Positions 49,983 to 63,764 of a DNA stretch of 64,000 nt are shown piece after piece. Position 1 is the first letter of the stretch. Every line of letters begins with the position of its first letter. A program made the position numbers and the translations under genes. The notes beneath the pieces were generated by a model. It was given only the letters and a program-made list of their open reading frames with translations, had not been told where the DNA came from and searched no databases. The stretch is from Camelus dromedarius (taxonomy: Eukaryota). The stretch is from assembly GCF_036321535.1 (NCBI RefSeq), contig NC_087447.1, positions 49,230,001 through 49,294,000 of the forward strand, given 5' to 3'.

Positions 49983-50929
49983 TGTAAAGGAAAAATACTC
50001 CTGTATTTCTCCTTTACCCACACACACAATACTTCTGTGACCAGATGTGTGAGGTTATTCCCACACTGGTCAATCCTCTGTGACATCTACTGGGTGTCCT
50101 ACAACTTGACTCCGTCTTGACACTATCTACCTGGAGACAGCATCAGATCCCACAGGTTAAGGGCTCAGTCCCACAAGACTGCTCCCATTGCAGATCCAAG
50201 TCACAAGTAGGAGGTCCAAGGTAACCCACAATTTCTGTCTGACTTGACCACAAATTGGAGATTCCCACAATCCCCTCCTTGGATCTGACTATTTGCTAGA
50301 ATGGCTCACAGAACTTGGAGAAACACTTACTTACGTTTACCAGTTTACTACACAATGAAGGGTACAATAAAGGATACAGATGAACAGCCGGATGAAGAGA
50401 TGCATAAGGCAAGGTCTGGAGGGTGCAGAGCACAGGAACTTCTGTTCCTGTGGAGCTGGGGTGCATCACCCACCCAGCACATGGATGTGTTCACCAACCT
50501 GGAAGCTCCCCAAACCTCATACTATTGGGAGTTTTATGGAGGCGTCATCCTGCAGGCATGTTTGATTATTAACTCCATTTTTGGCCCCTCTCCCCTCTCT
50601 GTAGAATTGGGGGCAGGGGGATAAAAGTTCCAAGCTTCCAATCATGGCTTGGGCTTTCTGGTGACCAGCCTCATCTAGGAGCCTACCAGAGTTACCTCAT
50701 TAAAACAAAAGATGTCCTTATCACTCAGGAAATTCCAAGGGATTTAGGTGCTTAGTGTCAGATGCTCTTACCACTCAGGAAATTACAAAGATTTCAAGAG
50801 CCCTGTGTCAGGAACGGGAGTCAAAAACTAAATATTAGAACAAAAGATTCTCCTACCACCGTTATTTACAAGAGTTTTAGAAGCTCTGTGCCAGGAATCA
50901 GAATATATATATATTCTTATTATTCTACA
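49983..50929 (-). mobile_element. MER21-like solo LTR
   Basis: TGT...ACA termini with perfect 5-bp TSD GGGAG; characteristic tcagatcccacaggttaagggctcagtcccacaagactg block. Orientation less certain than the boundaries. Confidence 0.82.
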
Positions 50930-51905
50930 GGGAGGTAATTGTTGAGAAATTATAAACAATTATAAATTAAGGAACTTGGTTGTTGTTAAGTTGCTAATTC
51001 TAATTTCAAAGGGACAATTTATATATTGTCAAATATTTTGTAGCAAGAATAATTCTATTTAATGTGGCAGTTTGGTTCATTTGAATATGTTTGCCATAAT
51101 GTGAGATAGGGCCTCATTATAGCAAGAAAGTTTGGGCCTAAGAGGAAGAACTGAAAATGTCTCTGCCTAGAAAAGCTGGGACTTGAACCTGAGTCTGTCT
51201 GACCCAGCTGCCCTGCAAACCTACCACTCCATCCCCCACCCCCTGATGCAACAGAGGTTGTATACATGGGGCCAAGGAGACCAAAAAATGATGTTGGGAT
51301 AGCCAGCTGGGGCCAGAACATGAAAAGCCTTGCCTGCCAAGTTCAAGAGCAGTGGGTAGCCCTGGAAGGAGGGTAAGTAGGGAGTCCTGTGGCTTTATCA
51401 CCAGGTGGTAGGCACAGAAAGGATTGCAAGGGACAGGAGAGTGCAAAGAGCAGCTGGGGACAGGGTGATTGATGTGACAGCTGTGGCATTGGTTAGTGCA
51501 CTGACAGTCAGGCAGGGTATGGGGGTAGGTCCAAGAACCATACAAGAGGGGACCTGCACAGAGCCGGGTCTTGCTCTGCTGTGGGATGGGCATCCCAGAG
51601 ACAGTGAAGGGCTGGGCTGTTGCTGCCTCAGAGGCAGGGGAGGGACCAGTTTCAGGGGAAGAAGACTGCTTGGAACCACAGATGGTCCTTCCCAATTCTG
51701 CCTAGCTCAGGCCAAGTTATGAATGAGAGGGAATTCCTGGAACTTGAGGAAGAGTTCTTAGAAGTGGGGGTGATCATAGAGGGAGGGAAGAAACTAGATT
51801 GCTAGTTACGGGTAATCTTTAAGTTGGTTCCTAAATTTGAACAGAGAAGGGCTCAGTCCCATACTTGGGCTATGGGGTGGAATAGGTAGAGGAAACAAGG
51901 GTGAG

Positions 51906-51970
51906 GGTTCAATCCCCAGTACCTCCACTAAAAATAAACAAATAAATAGATAGATAGATAAATAAATAGG

Positions 51971-52009
<39 letters not shown>

Positions 52010-52080
52010 ATAAATAAATAAATAAATAAATAAAATTACCTTCCCCACACACACACAAAAAGGAAAAAAAGCAAAAGAAA
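51906..52080 (+). mobile_element. 5'-truncated Vic-1-like SINE with internal (GATA)n/(AAAT)n microsatellite
   Basis: Starts at B-box ggttcaatccccagtacctcc; perfect 14-bp TSD gaaacaagggtgag at 51892 and 52081. Confidence 0.88.
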
Positions 52081-53740
52081 GAAACAAGGGTGAGACTTGG
52101 CTATTGCTGGGCTCAGTCACATGTCAGTCATATGACCTTGAGCAAGTCACTTCCCCACTCTGTTGTGTTGTGTAAGATGCTGGGGTTAGATTCCTGGAGC
52201 AATATTCTCTGTGCCTCAGATTCCGAGAATGCACGATTCCTTGAGTCTAAGCTGCTGTGATGCAGAGATTCAGATTTTAAGAGCTGTGTCTCTGTGATGC
52301 CTTGAAACCCTGGCTCCCCAGCTGTGAACCTGTCTGGCTGTCTGGATTCATTCTGTCAGTGCATCAGGGATGGGGGGAGTGGGGAGGGAAGGGGGTGAGA
52401 GGTTCTTAAAAAAGAATCCAAGGCTGGGAACATGATGATCTGCTTCCAGCAGCTCTCAGGCAATAAATATTGATGTGGGAAGAACTGTTCCCCTGCCTCC
52501 TGAGGCTGCCTTGGCTGGGTCTGTTTGCAGTTGCTTGGGCTGACCCAGCCCACTCAGGCCACTGATGGAGAGGTGGATGGACCAGGTGGAAGAGCCCAAT
52601 TAGGCAAAATCAGCAACCAGAAAGTCCAGGTCCTCAAACATGGGATATGTATCTTCTGGAGGGACTGGGACTAGGCAGAGGAAGAAAGAGAAGGGGGGAC
52701 TATTTCTGAAGTCCCTTCAAGCTCCCCTCCCAGGCTCAGGGGTCTGCTAAATACCCTCCTAGAATTAAATGCAGCTTTTACTGGTATCCAGGAGAAGTTC
52801 TCTGGCCTCAGTCTCTCTGTCTGTACAATGGGTGGAGGATTAGACAAGGTCTCCCAGCTCTGACAGGTTCAATGATGCCTCCTCTAAATGGCTCCCTGTC
52901 TCTGGAGCAATACATGAGCACTTTCACAGGGGCACAGAGGGGTGCATCCCACAGCCCCTACCCCAAGGAGCTCTCAGGTAGTGAAGGAAGGCCAGACAGA
53001 CTGAGAATGGCTGAATGACAGCTCACTTTTCCCCCCTGGCCAGTGCTTTTTCTCTACCTGGGTGGAGGGGAGCATTAACAGTCTCTACAGATAAGACTAT
53101 GAGATGGGGGATGGGGGAGGCCATACCAGGCCTGGGAGGGGCAGGAGCTCTGCTTCCCTGCCTTTAGCTCTGTCCATGTATCTTTAACATCAGAGCTCAG
53201 GTGGCCATCCTGACATCTTTCTAGAAGTGAATCAGGGTGGGCCTCATCTCTATCTAGGCCTCAGTCTCCCACAATCAGCCAGTTTTTAAGGTCCTATCAA
53301 GTCCTAGGACTCCTGTCAGATGGCTCTGCGGAGTGCAGAGCCCAGGGAATAAAGATGGTCTCCTAAGGGCTGCCTCGCAGGTCATCGGGCCCCACTTATC
53401 CTTGTGGCTGTAAGATCCCATTCAGCCAGCAGCCTTCCTGTGTTCCCTGAGCCCTAAGGTCCTTCTGAGCTGCTGCCCTCGGGGCTGGGCCAGGGGCTGA
53501 GAAGGGCCTTGTCCATGGAGATCCCTTGTCCCTGCCCAGCCTCTGAGCACCACTGGCCTCTCGTATTTCCCAGGAGCCTCCACATTTGTTGTTCTGGGGC
53601 ATTTCCCAGAGTCTGGGATTCTAAGATTACATGGTTTTAAAGTTCTGTGTGTCTAGTAGTTAAAGATTCTCAAGTATTTGTGTTCTTTCATTCTTAAGAT
53701 TCTATGCCTCAAATGCCTCTGTCTCCCAAAATTCATGTTT

Positions 53741-53895
53741 TTTTTTAAATAATATCACTTTATTTTTATTTTATATATTTATTTTGGTAGGGGAGAGGTA
53801 ATTAGGTTTTTTTTTTTAATGGAGGTTCTAGGGATTGAACCCAGGATCTTATGCATGCCAGGCACGCACCCTACCACTAAGCCATACTTCCCCGG
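53741..53895 (-). mobile_element. tRNA-derived SINE, Vic-1-like
   Basis: gggagaggtaattaggttt...gggattgaacccagg...ctaccactaagccatacttcccc; perfect TSD caaaattcatgttt at 53727 and 53896. Confidence 0.88.
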
Positions 53896-54744
53896 CAAAA
53901 TTCATGTTTCTAAATGGCTACAATTTTGACCCAAGAGTCTAAGAGTTTATGAAATCCATTGTCTCCCAGTCATTAACCTCAGTGTGCTACTGTAGTGGGG
54001 CAGGGGGGTGATGTTCAGGGATGGAGACAGGAGTCAGCAATGGCAATGGCCCTTAAAACCCAGGACTTAGGGCCAGACCATTGGGGTCTGCCCAGCCAGG
54101 AGGCTCCTGCTCCCCTGGGATTCTGTGTTTCCACTGCAGCCTTGCGAGGTCTGAGGTGACTTGGATCTTCCTTGTGCCTGGTGTCTCTCCCTTGCTGGCA
54201 CTGTCTCCAGACCCTTCCTGGCCGGCTTGGGAACCCTCTTGTGTCCTTCCCATCCCTGGTGACCCAGGCTTTGTGACTCCGTCCTCACACCACTTTAGCT
54301 CTTTAAGGTAGGAGGACTTGTGTGATCATCCAGTTCAACCCCCACTCCAACTTACAGAGGGACTGAGGCCCAGAGAGGATCAAGGCTGTACTCAGAGTTT
54401 GGCCAGCACCAGCTCCCCCTGCACCAGTCTGTACCAGGCCAGGTCTTGGCCCTAAAGGGCTGGAAAGAGCCTTCCTCTCCCTGGCCTGGTACAAATCAGA
54501 GCCCCCTCAACACTGTGGCTATAGGGCATTTTGGGGTGATCTGCTCAAGTGATTTTCAAACTGCACCCCATAGAACCCCAAGGATGCCACCACAGGGAGA
54601 TTGAGGAGAGGTGTCCCCCAGCAGGACACCCTCCCCTGCCCCCACACATTTCAAACAGATCAGTTCTACTTTAAGTGTTTTTATACCAGTCTTTTGAGTA
54701 AAATTTCAATTAGGAAAAGGGTTCTGTTGCTAAAAACAGTTTTG

Positions 54745-55625
54745 GCTTTTGTTTTTTGTTTTCTTTTTTATTGAAATATAGTTGATTTACAATGTGTTTC
54801 TGGTGTATAGCAAAGTGATTCAGTTATACATATATACACTCTTTTTCAGATTCTTTTCCATTATAAGTTATTATAAAGTATTGAATATAGTTCCCTGCAC
54901 TATACAGTAGGACTTTTTTGTTTGTTTTTCATTTTTTAATTTTTATTTTTTATTGAAGTGCAGTTGATTTACAATGTTAGTTTCAGGTGTACAGCAAAGT
55001 GATTTAGTATACATATACATATATTTTCCAGATTCTTTTCCATTACAGCTTAATACAGTAGGTCCTTGTTGTTTATTTTATATATAGTAGAGTGTATCTG
55101 ATAATCCCAAACTGCTAATCTATCTCTCCCCCGCCTTTCCCCTTTGGTAACCCTAAATTTGTTTTCTATGTCTGTGAGTCTATTTCTGTTTTGTAAATAA
55201 GTTCATTTGTATCATTTTTTTAGAGTCCACATATAAGTGATATTGTGTAATATTTGTCTTTCTCTGACTTCCTTCACTTAGTATGATAATCTCTAGGTCC
55301 ATCCATGTTGCTGCAAATGGCATTATTTCATTCTTTTTTTATGGTTGAGTAACATTCTATTTTATATATATATATATTCCACAACTTCTTTATTCAGTCA
55401 TCTGTTAATGGACATTTAGGTGGCTTCCATATCTTAGCTATTATAAATACTGCTGCTGTGAGCATTGGGGTGCATGTATCTTTTCGAGTTAGAGTTTTTG
55501 TCCTTTCCAGATATATGCCCAGGAGTAGGATTGCTGGATCATACAGTTTTTTAAGGAACCTCCATACTGTTCTCCATAGTGGCTATACCAATTTACAGTC
55601 CCACCAACAGTGTAGGAGGGTTTCC
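54745..55625 (-). mobile_element. Two stacked L1 3' ends (artiodactyl-type)
   Basis: tttattgaa.t..agttgatttacaatgt occurs at ~54767 and ~54949; the second continues into ggtccatccatgttgctgcaaatggcatt...cccaccaacagtgtaggaggg. Confidence 0.85.
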
Positions 55626-57799
55626 TTAAAAGTCAGTTTTAAAAACATTGATCTAGTTCAACACCATCATTTGACAGAGGAGGAGACTGAGGCTAAAGAA
55701 GAGAAGTGATCATGCAAGCATTTCCTCAGTGTCTGAGGCATCCCTCAGTGGCAGGGAGGAAGGCCAATAGCATGCTGGCCCAGGTGTGACTCCTGACTTT
55801 GCCACTTACTAAGTCTCAAATCCGTAAAATGGGTATAACCCTACCATCTACATCTTGGGGATTTTGTAAGAAAGAAATGAGCTGAAGTGGTGAGGTGGGT
55901 GGTTCAATACCTGACATGCAGGCTCATTAACCAGAAGAGCTTGTTCTTAGCACGGATCAAGCTTAAGAGGAAAAATAATGGGAACCTTACCTTTTTTCTT
56001 TTTAGGTGCTTTTTTATATCCTGCTTCCACTATATTCTATAAAAGTTTTGAGGTAGCTCACACCGAACATATTCAGTACTACTAAGACAGTGGGAAATTA
56101 GGCCAACATGTATTACTCTAAGCTGTTTGTATTAATTTGTTCATTTAATCCCCACAACCCACCTATGAAATAAGTTCAGTTATTACCACTGTTTTACACC
56201 CGAGGGACCGAGTTACAGAGAGATTAAAAAACCTGGTAGAATGACTAGTGAATGGTGGAGCTGGGATTCAGGCCTAGGAAGAGCCATTGTAGGGCCTGTG
56301 CTGAGTCACTCAATCCAGACCCAGAAACAGGAAGATAGAAATAACAGCAAAAGGTTATCAGAACGAGAGAGAGAACAGAGATAAACTCCTTATTTGGTCC
56401 TCAGCTTTCTGGTAGCCAAACGGAACAGAGGCATGGCCCCTTGCAAGAGTCCCATTGTAAGAGAGCCAAAAGCACATCGCATCCCTCACAGAAGCTCAGA
56501 AGTCCAGGAACTCTGCTAGAAAACACGGTCTCCCTGCAGTAGGGGATAGGAAGTTAAGCAGATAATCCCATCCCTCTGGCTGCCTCCTGTGGCCATATAT
56601 GATGGAAGCTGAGGGCTGGCAGAGAGTTCCACGTTACCCACCAGCGGCAGTGCTGGCTCTGTGGGGCTGAGGTCACACACAGCCTTTGCCCAGAGCTTCG
56701 AGGAACTCAGCTTCCTCTGAGGACAGATCCTGGATCCCTGGAGGTCTGGCAGGCAGTGGGGCCTTCTGTGGACCACACACAGCATCTTGGGTCCTGAAGG
56801 CTGCAGCAGTCAGCACACAGCCCCAAAGGGGAAGTTTTAACCAGCTTCCTCAGCCCAGACCTGCTGACCTGGGCAAACCACAGCCCAGATGGTTTGAACT
56901 CTGAGGCAAAGTCTGAGCAGAAGCACTATGTTTCCTGTTTCTGGAGCCTGCTATTAGTCAGGAGTCCTCAAAACAGATGTGAGGGGAGAGGCGGAAACTG
57001 CTGGAGAACACAGAGACAAAGGTTAGAGAAAGTCAGTTCTCCCAGCACCCACAGGAGAAAGCCCAAGGCCCTCAGCCCGGCCCTCCTGACTGCCCGGTTC
57101 CTGCCCTGAGAGGCTCTTGGCTGTAGTCAGGTTGGTTCCTACCCAACCCCCTGCACCCAACACGCCTCTTCCCGCCATCACTCTTCTGCTGGTACTATGC
57201 CCCTGCTTCAAATAACCTCTCCCTTTCTGTCTATCCAACCCCAAAATCCTAAACTTCACTTCTCCCTGGTTGTCCTCCTGACTCCTGCCCCTGAAAGTCT
57301 GTCCCTCTCTTCCCATCACCAAACCCCAGAGGGCAAGGTGGGCGCAGGGGAGTGATAATAGAGCCTGCTCTGCCAGTTACTCCCTGGGTAACACTTCCCC
57401 TTTGGGGACCTCAGTTTCCTCCACTGTGAAATAGGTGCAATAATAATCCCCACACCAGACTGTTGTGGAAATTAATTGACAGGGTGGATGAGAAAGTGCA
57501 GTGTAGACCACATAGGGTTATAACATGTGGCAGCAGATGACATTGTGGTTGTTTTTATTGTTTACTTGAGGACAAGGAACCCCAGGCAAGGAACTCATAA
57601 GATGTTGCCTATCTGAAGGGTGAGCCTGCCACTCCCTGATAAGAAACCTGGGAAGTTGTTAATCTATCCTCGCCCTTCCTACTTTCGTTCCTGGGACAGC
57701 AACCCTCTCCACTGGGGACCCAGCACCTTCCCACATGGCCCTCCCACCGCTTGGCTAGGACTGAGATTGGAGTAAGGAGATTCTTTAATTCTCCTTAAG

Positions 57800-58114
57800 G
57801 CAGCATATCCAAAAGAAATTTCATGTGAGTCACAAATGTCATTCTAAATGGTCTAGTAGCCACATTCAGAAGTAAAAGAAATTAATTTTAATAATATATT
57901 TTCTTTAACCCACACATTTAAAATATCCTCATTTTGGTATATTGTAAATATAAAAAACTAATCATGAGATGTTTTCTGTTCTTTTTTTCCCCCACACTAA
58001 ATCCTTGAAACACAATGTGTATTTTACACTTACGGCACATCTCAGTTAGGACCAGCCGTAGTTCAGTGCTCCGTGGCCACATATGGCTGGTGGCTGCTGT
58101 ATCAGACAGCACAG
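57800..58114. mobile_element. MER33-like hAT-Charlie element
   Basis: tctagtagccacatt...aattaattttaataatatatt...ttttacacttacggcacatctca...gccacatatggctggtggct...gacagcacag. Confidence 0.75.
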
Positions 58115-59392
58115 CTCTAAGATATAAATGAGTAATAGACCCACGGCACCTCACCCAGAGAAATAAGACTCAGATTTCAGGTCCCTTCACATCACACCAC
58201 TAAAGTGCCTCCTAATTCTGCCAGTCCTGCACCTCTGACTCACAGGGTTTAGTGGATAAAGCATGAGTTTTCTCCTTGGGTAGGCTTGAGCTCAGATCTT
58301 AGTTCTGCCTCTTTCTAGTTGTGTGATATTGAGTAAGTTTCCTAACCTCGCAACTTATTTGCTCCCACATGGTGTGTAAGCCTCCTTTGTTTGCAGGTCT
58401 CCAGTGAGGATGGAGCTGGAGCCACCAGCCCACATTTCAGGAGGCTCAGCACTCCTGTAGTCTCTACTCTGAGGTCCCTGGGGACCACTCAGTGTGGACT
58501 CTTTGCCCTCCTTGAACCGGCAGCTGTCTCAGAGCTTGCTGCCAGCACAATAGCATCTCCTGTTGATGTTCTCATTTCTCTTCCAAGAGCCTGGAATTGC
58601 CTGCAGCCACTGCCTGTTGGAACTGTCTCTCGCACTCCTTTTTTTCATAGATATTTATCAGACATCCAGTTTTGCTCCAGGCCCTGTGCTGGGCACCAAA
58701 GTTTTGACAGAGAACAAGGTAAGCATGGCCCCTGCTTTTGCAGAACTCAGAGTTCAGCAGGGGAGAGACCATGAACAAGATTTGACTCAGACCTAAGTGT
58801 GTGTAAGATAGTTAGTTCTTCATTTTCTCTGAAAGTTAATTTAACTTCTACTCTGAATGCCCATTCTGCTGGATCAGCAAGAAATTTAACTTCAGCCTTT
58901 CTCGGGGATCCCCCACCAAAGTGAAGCAAAGGTCCTAAGGTCTTACACACTGCCTAGAATCAAGGGAGGTCCCACCCCACCCCCACCCCCACTCCACAAT
59001 CAGCAGGCATCAGCCTCACTCCAGCCTGACCCTCATGGTCCCCCTTAACATACTTAAAGCTGAGGACCTCGGTGTGACTGAGAAATGGGAGCCCAGCCTC
59101 CCTAGGTCCCTAGGCTCCCTAGGTCAGCCTGCAGCCTGCCCCTCAGAGATGAAGCTGCTTCCTTGGGTTCTATCTCAGAGGCTTATGTGGCTCCCTGCTG
59201 CTCACAGAATCTACAGACTGCTGAGGGGGAGCCTACCCCCAAACTGGTCTCTGTTTTCAGTTGTAGGAGAATCCATTTCTCTTCTCATTCTCAGAGATCT
59301 CTCTCTCTCCTCATACCTCCCACAACACCCAATATAATCTCTCAATTAAGTCAGGCCTTGGAAACAAAAGCTAGGAAGGAAATTCTTGCAAC

Positions 59393-59928
59393 TGTTGGGG
59401 TTGGAGAGGTTCCTGTCTTGTCGCAGAAAGAATTCAGAGACAAGACATGGAGGTTAAGAAAGCAAAGCAAGGATTTATTAAGGGATAGGTAGTACGCTCT
59501 CAAGGGAAGAGCAGGCAGACCCAGGCGGGTGGCTGCCCCAAGTTTCCTTGGCAAGCTCCTTATATAAGTGTAGAATATTCATTGGTGGGGAGGGGTTTGG
59601 GGTCCTCTTTCCTGATCCTCATCCCTGCTCCACCTTCCCAGGTGGGGAGGAGGGATTATTCATGCTTATTTAGTCTTTATCGGGAAGTTAGATGAGGTCA
59701 TAATGATCAAAAGGTTACATTCAGATGGTTGGGATTCCTGTCCTGTCCCACCCTTCTGCCTCCAGGACACTTATCAACCCAGAAGGTATGGTTTTTCAAT
59801 CAGTCCAGAGGATCCTGTTTTTCTTGGTCTGTCCCAGGACCCCCGCTATTTATAGGATGTATGGTTTTCTGCCATTTGCCCATGTCCTCTTTTCTCTGCT
59901 CATATCTAGCTACCTGCCAGCTCTAACA
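59393..59928 (-). mobile_element. Solo LTR of the LTR-B family in SLCO2B1 intron 7
   Basis: TGTT...TAACA termini with perfect 4-bp TSD CAAC; colinear similarity to 16978-17563 (aagaattcagaga, aagcaaggatttat, gctccaccttccc, gctcatatctagct). Confidence 0.88.
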
Positions 59929-61264
59929 CAACCATGACTATTTTCTGCCCATACAAACCTCCTCTGAGACCAGGAAACCCAAGAACCCATTACCTGCTGG
60001 AATAAACGTAGAGAGGAGGAGGGGAGAAGCCCTCGGGGGACAAACACACTTGAACTGATGTTTGAATGAATTTCTCTGCTGAATTCCCAGTCTTGAGCCA
60101 GCCCACTGGGAGCGAGGTGGAGGAAGCTTGGAACAGGGCACTCCCAGGGGTAGGGGCTGGCATGGAGTCTCCGAAATGTGAGGAAATTCAGTATTTGCTC
60201 CCTTAACATTTTTTTTTAAAAGACGGGAGAGGAAAGAGAAGGTATCAGACACTGACCAGAGAGTGAAGTCTGTAGGGGCCTCACAGAGGCTCCATGGGAG
60301 AGAAGAGGCAGAACCAGAGACCCCAGATGAGTTCTCCAGCTCAACTCACCCTTCCCCAGGGCATCTAGCACCCAGACTAGGGGGAAGCTAGCCTGCGCTT
60401 GCATGCTTCTAGATATGAGGAACTCACTTCTTCCCAGGGCAGCCTCGTCCAAACTGCTTATCACACTGGGCCTCAGTCTTCCTCCATGAAACTTGCTGCT
60501 TCTAATCCTGGTCTCAGGCTCCACAGGAAAGTGTAGTAAAATCAGACCCTATTTGATCACTTTTGTTCAAATGACCCTGTACCAGCAGCAACTTCTCTAA
60601 GACATAGTTCCTCATCTAAAAAATGTGCACATTAGTAGTACTGCCTAAAAACACTGTTGTGTCAGAGCAAGGCATGTAGAATGCCCAGCACTCCGTGGCT
60701 TTGGTTCCCCCTTCCCTTAGGGTGAACCAGCCAAGCGTACACAGGCCCTGGACTCAAGCTGTCTGGGTTCAAACCTAGCCAGATCACTCGCTAGTTGTAT
60801 GACAAGGCAAATTACTTCATCTCTCTGTGTCTCAGTTTTATCCCCTGAAAAATAGGGATTATAATGGTACTGACTTTAGAAGGTTGCTGTGAGATTTCAA
60901 TGAGTTAATGGATTTGTCATTAAAATAGCACTGGGCTGGTAGTAAGTGCTTAGTAACTATTAATCATTATTTATCATTATTTCCTTTCCTTGATGATACA
61001 ATCAGAAGACCGTGATTGTGTCATCCCAAGTCTTCTCACACAGGCCATCCTCACCCAGGTGGAGGGACACACTCCAGAGTGGTCATGAGCTTCCTCATGG
61101 TGTGGGCACAGAGCTGAACAATACTCTCTGGGTGTGGCCTGATTCAGCCAAAGGAGGAAGGGGCTGTTGCCTCTTGCCTCCCCTGACCTAGTCCCATTCC
61201 TGTCACAGTGGACAGTATAGAACAGGATGGATGCTGGAGGCCCCTGCTTTTGGTGACTCTCCAG

Positions 61265-61650
61265 GTGATGACAGCCATGAGTGATGTAATAACTGAAGAT
61301 ACTGGTGTGGCAATAACTTCAGCTAGAGATTGGTGATGCTGATGGTGGTGGAGACAGTGGTAGGGATAATGATGTCAGAGGCTTTGATAATGATATTAGT
61401 GATCCTGATAGTGATGTTGTTGCTGGTGATTCTGAAGGGTCAAGTGACAGTGATGATGATGATTGTGCCGGTATTTAGAGACAACAATATTAGTGAGGAC
61501 AATATTAGTTGTTTATGCATGATGATATTGGTGACGTAAATGAGGGTGGTATCTAAGGTGATAGGAATGATGATGATGGCGGTTGTGGTGGGAATTTTCA
61601 TGGTAATGTTGGTGATTATTACAATGTTAATAATGCTGATGACGAAGTTC
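61265..61650. repeat. Degenerate (GAT/GGT)n low-complexity tract
   Basis: Dense tgatgatg/tggtg triplet periodicity. Confidence 0.8.
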
Positions 61651-61856
61651 AATCATGGAATTTCATCCAGACTTTCAAAACCACTTATTAATACCTACAG
61701 GGCCAAGAACAAATAGGACACAGCTGGCCCCTATTGTTCCTGAAGAGGTGACAGACCCCCACCCTCTCCTCTCCCAGAGTTCCCTTCTCCAGCTCACAGC
61801 ATCTCTGAGCAGAAAGCCTGGCATCCAGCTGACTGCCCCTGGCTGTGTCTTCCCAG

Positions 61857-61956
61857 GGTGAAGACTCCTCCTCTGAGCAGAACTCTGGGGAGAACCCAGA
61901 GAAGGATGGCCTGGCCCAGATTGCCCCAGACCTGACTGTGACCCAGTTCATTAAAG
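61857..61956 (+). CDS. SLCO2B1: SLCO2B1 coding exon 8 (100 nt)
   Basis: tcccag|GEDSSSEQNSGENPEKDGLAQIAPDLTVTQFIK|gtaggt; phase 0 start matches exon 7. Confidence 0.94.
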
Positions 61957-63764
61957 GTAGGTGAGCTCAGGCCAGAGGTGAGGCCAGAGGGACATTTGAG
62001 AATGTCTGTGGGAGAAACCTTGTGCTGAGCTAAGGGAAGCTCCTGTCTAATGGAGAAGACCTCCTCTGAGCTAGAGACAGCCCTGGAGTTTCTCTTCAGG
62101 CATCCTTATCTAAGCGAAAGGCATAGCCCTGCCCTCCAGGAATTTTCCATCTGTTCTAGGGACAGGTTGCAGATGCTGAAAAGATAAAGAATGGGGACAA
62201 AATGCACTGCAGTGATTAGCACAAGAGAATGGGAAGGAAACAGTCCATGATATGGAGCCTTCTGGAGTCAGGCAGCCAGAGGCACAGGAATGCAGGGTGG
62301 GGTGAGGAGTGGGGTGAATAGAAGAAGGAATGGCCTTTACACCAGAAGTCAGGAAAACCCCCAACAACTCCTGGCCTGGCCCCGACCTCCCTGGATGAAC
62401 TTGGGCAAGTCCCTGCCCCTCTCTTGGCCTCACCTGTACAATAAGGACACCTGCACAGCTTGAACCAAGCCCAGGCTACTCCTGGCCAGGACAGCTCACG
62501 GAGGGAGAGAAGCTGGAGCAGCTTCCTGGGGTGAAGGTTTGGCGTCCGTCACACCTCTCCACTCCCAGTGTCAGCTGAATGCACTGCGTGAAGCAAGGGA
62601 CTAGGGTCAGGAGACAGTTTTGGGACGTGAAGAAGGGGGAATTCCACAGCCCCAGCTCCAAGCCACCCTGCCTGGACTCTTTGTTTTTATTTCCTGGCTC
62701 CCAAGGAAACCGTTCTTGGCCAGGACCAGAGAGCTAGGGAACCAGCTGGCTTGGCTCTGGCCCTGTTCTGAGGACAGAGAGAAATCTTCTGTGACAGAGG
62801 CCCAGGTCCTGCTGCTGCAGGAACAGAAGGGATCTGCCCCCCACCACTCAGCCTAGAGGACCCCAGGGCCGTCTCTCCCCACCAGCCCAGCCTGGCAGTG
62901 GTTTGCTTCTCTGATGCCCCGTCTTAGAAAGGCCTTTGCTCCTCTCTCCCTAACACCTTAGGTCTAACTTCCATCTCACCTCCTCAGAGCAGAAACATGT
63001 CTTTCTCTTGTCGTTAGCGAGGAGAGAATCGCACATGTCAGAACAAAGCCTTCTTGGCCATTACCTTGGCTGCCCCTGCTGATGAAGGCCCTGAAGCCCA
63101 GAGTTCAGGACTTATCCAATGTCATGTGCCTTTCAGTTTAGCAGACTTGCAACAAGGGAGACCTGTACACAGCAGGATAGGCGACGGCTTCAAAGCTAGA
63201 GCCATCACTTCTATTTCTGTCTCCTTGCTTTTGCCTTGGCTCTGTCTCTACTAGGAATTCCTTCTCTTCCACCTCTCCAGATCCTCCCATTCTTCAGGCC
63301 CTACCTCTGTCCTACCTCCAGGAAGCTGCCCAGCACCAGGCCTCCTCAGGTTTCACCTTCTCTGGAGGCTTTAGATTCTGCCCCAACACTTTGCTGTTTC
63401 ATCATCTATTAGTCTGTATGTCCATTCATTCGTTCTCTCATTCACTGCATAAATATTTATTGAGTGCCTGCTATACCCTGGACTCTGGAGATTCATCAAT
63501 TAACATAAGAGACAAAAACCCCTTCTCTAAATGGAGCTTACATCCTGGTGGGGTGACAATAAAATGGCTAAATTTTAAATGTGTAAAATGCATGGTATGT
63601 TAGGTAAAGTGCTATGGAGAAACATAAACTAGGAATGGGGAGATCCGGGAGTGGTTGATGTCCCATATTAGGGGCACAGAAGGGAAGACAAAGGGCTGGG
63701 TTGGCTTGGGAAGAGCTACGGCAAGACAGGATGGAAAGGGCTGAGTGGGGAAAAAAATGAAATG

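Larger units (their letters stand above)
27860..61956 (+). other. SLCO2B1: SLCO2B1 (OATP2B1) gene span, coding exons 1-8 (1072 nt, 357 codons plus 1 nt); remaining exons lie beyond the window
   Basis: Eight exons with GT-AG boundaries splice into one open frame matching OATP2B1, including the OATP signature DPRWVGAWWLGFL. Confidence 0.96.

Noticed and set aside
61330..61652. Hydrophobic Met/Ile/Val-rich ORFs resembling membrane peptides
   Set aside because: Products of the degenerate (GAT)n tract.
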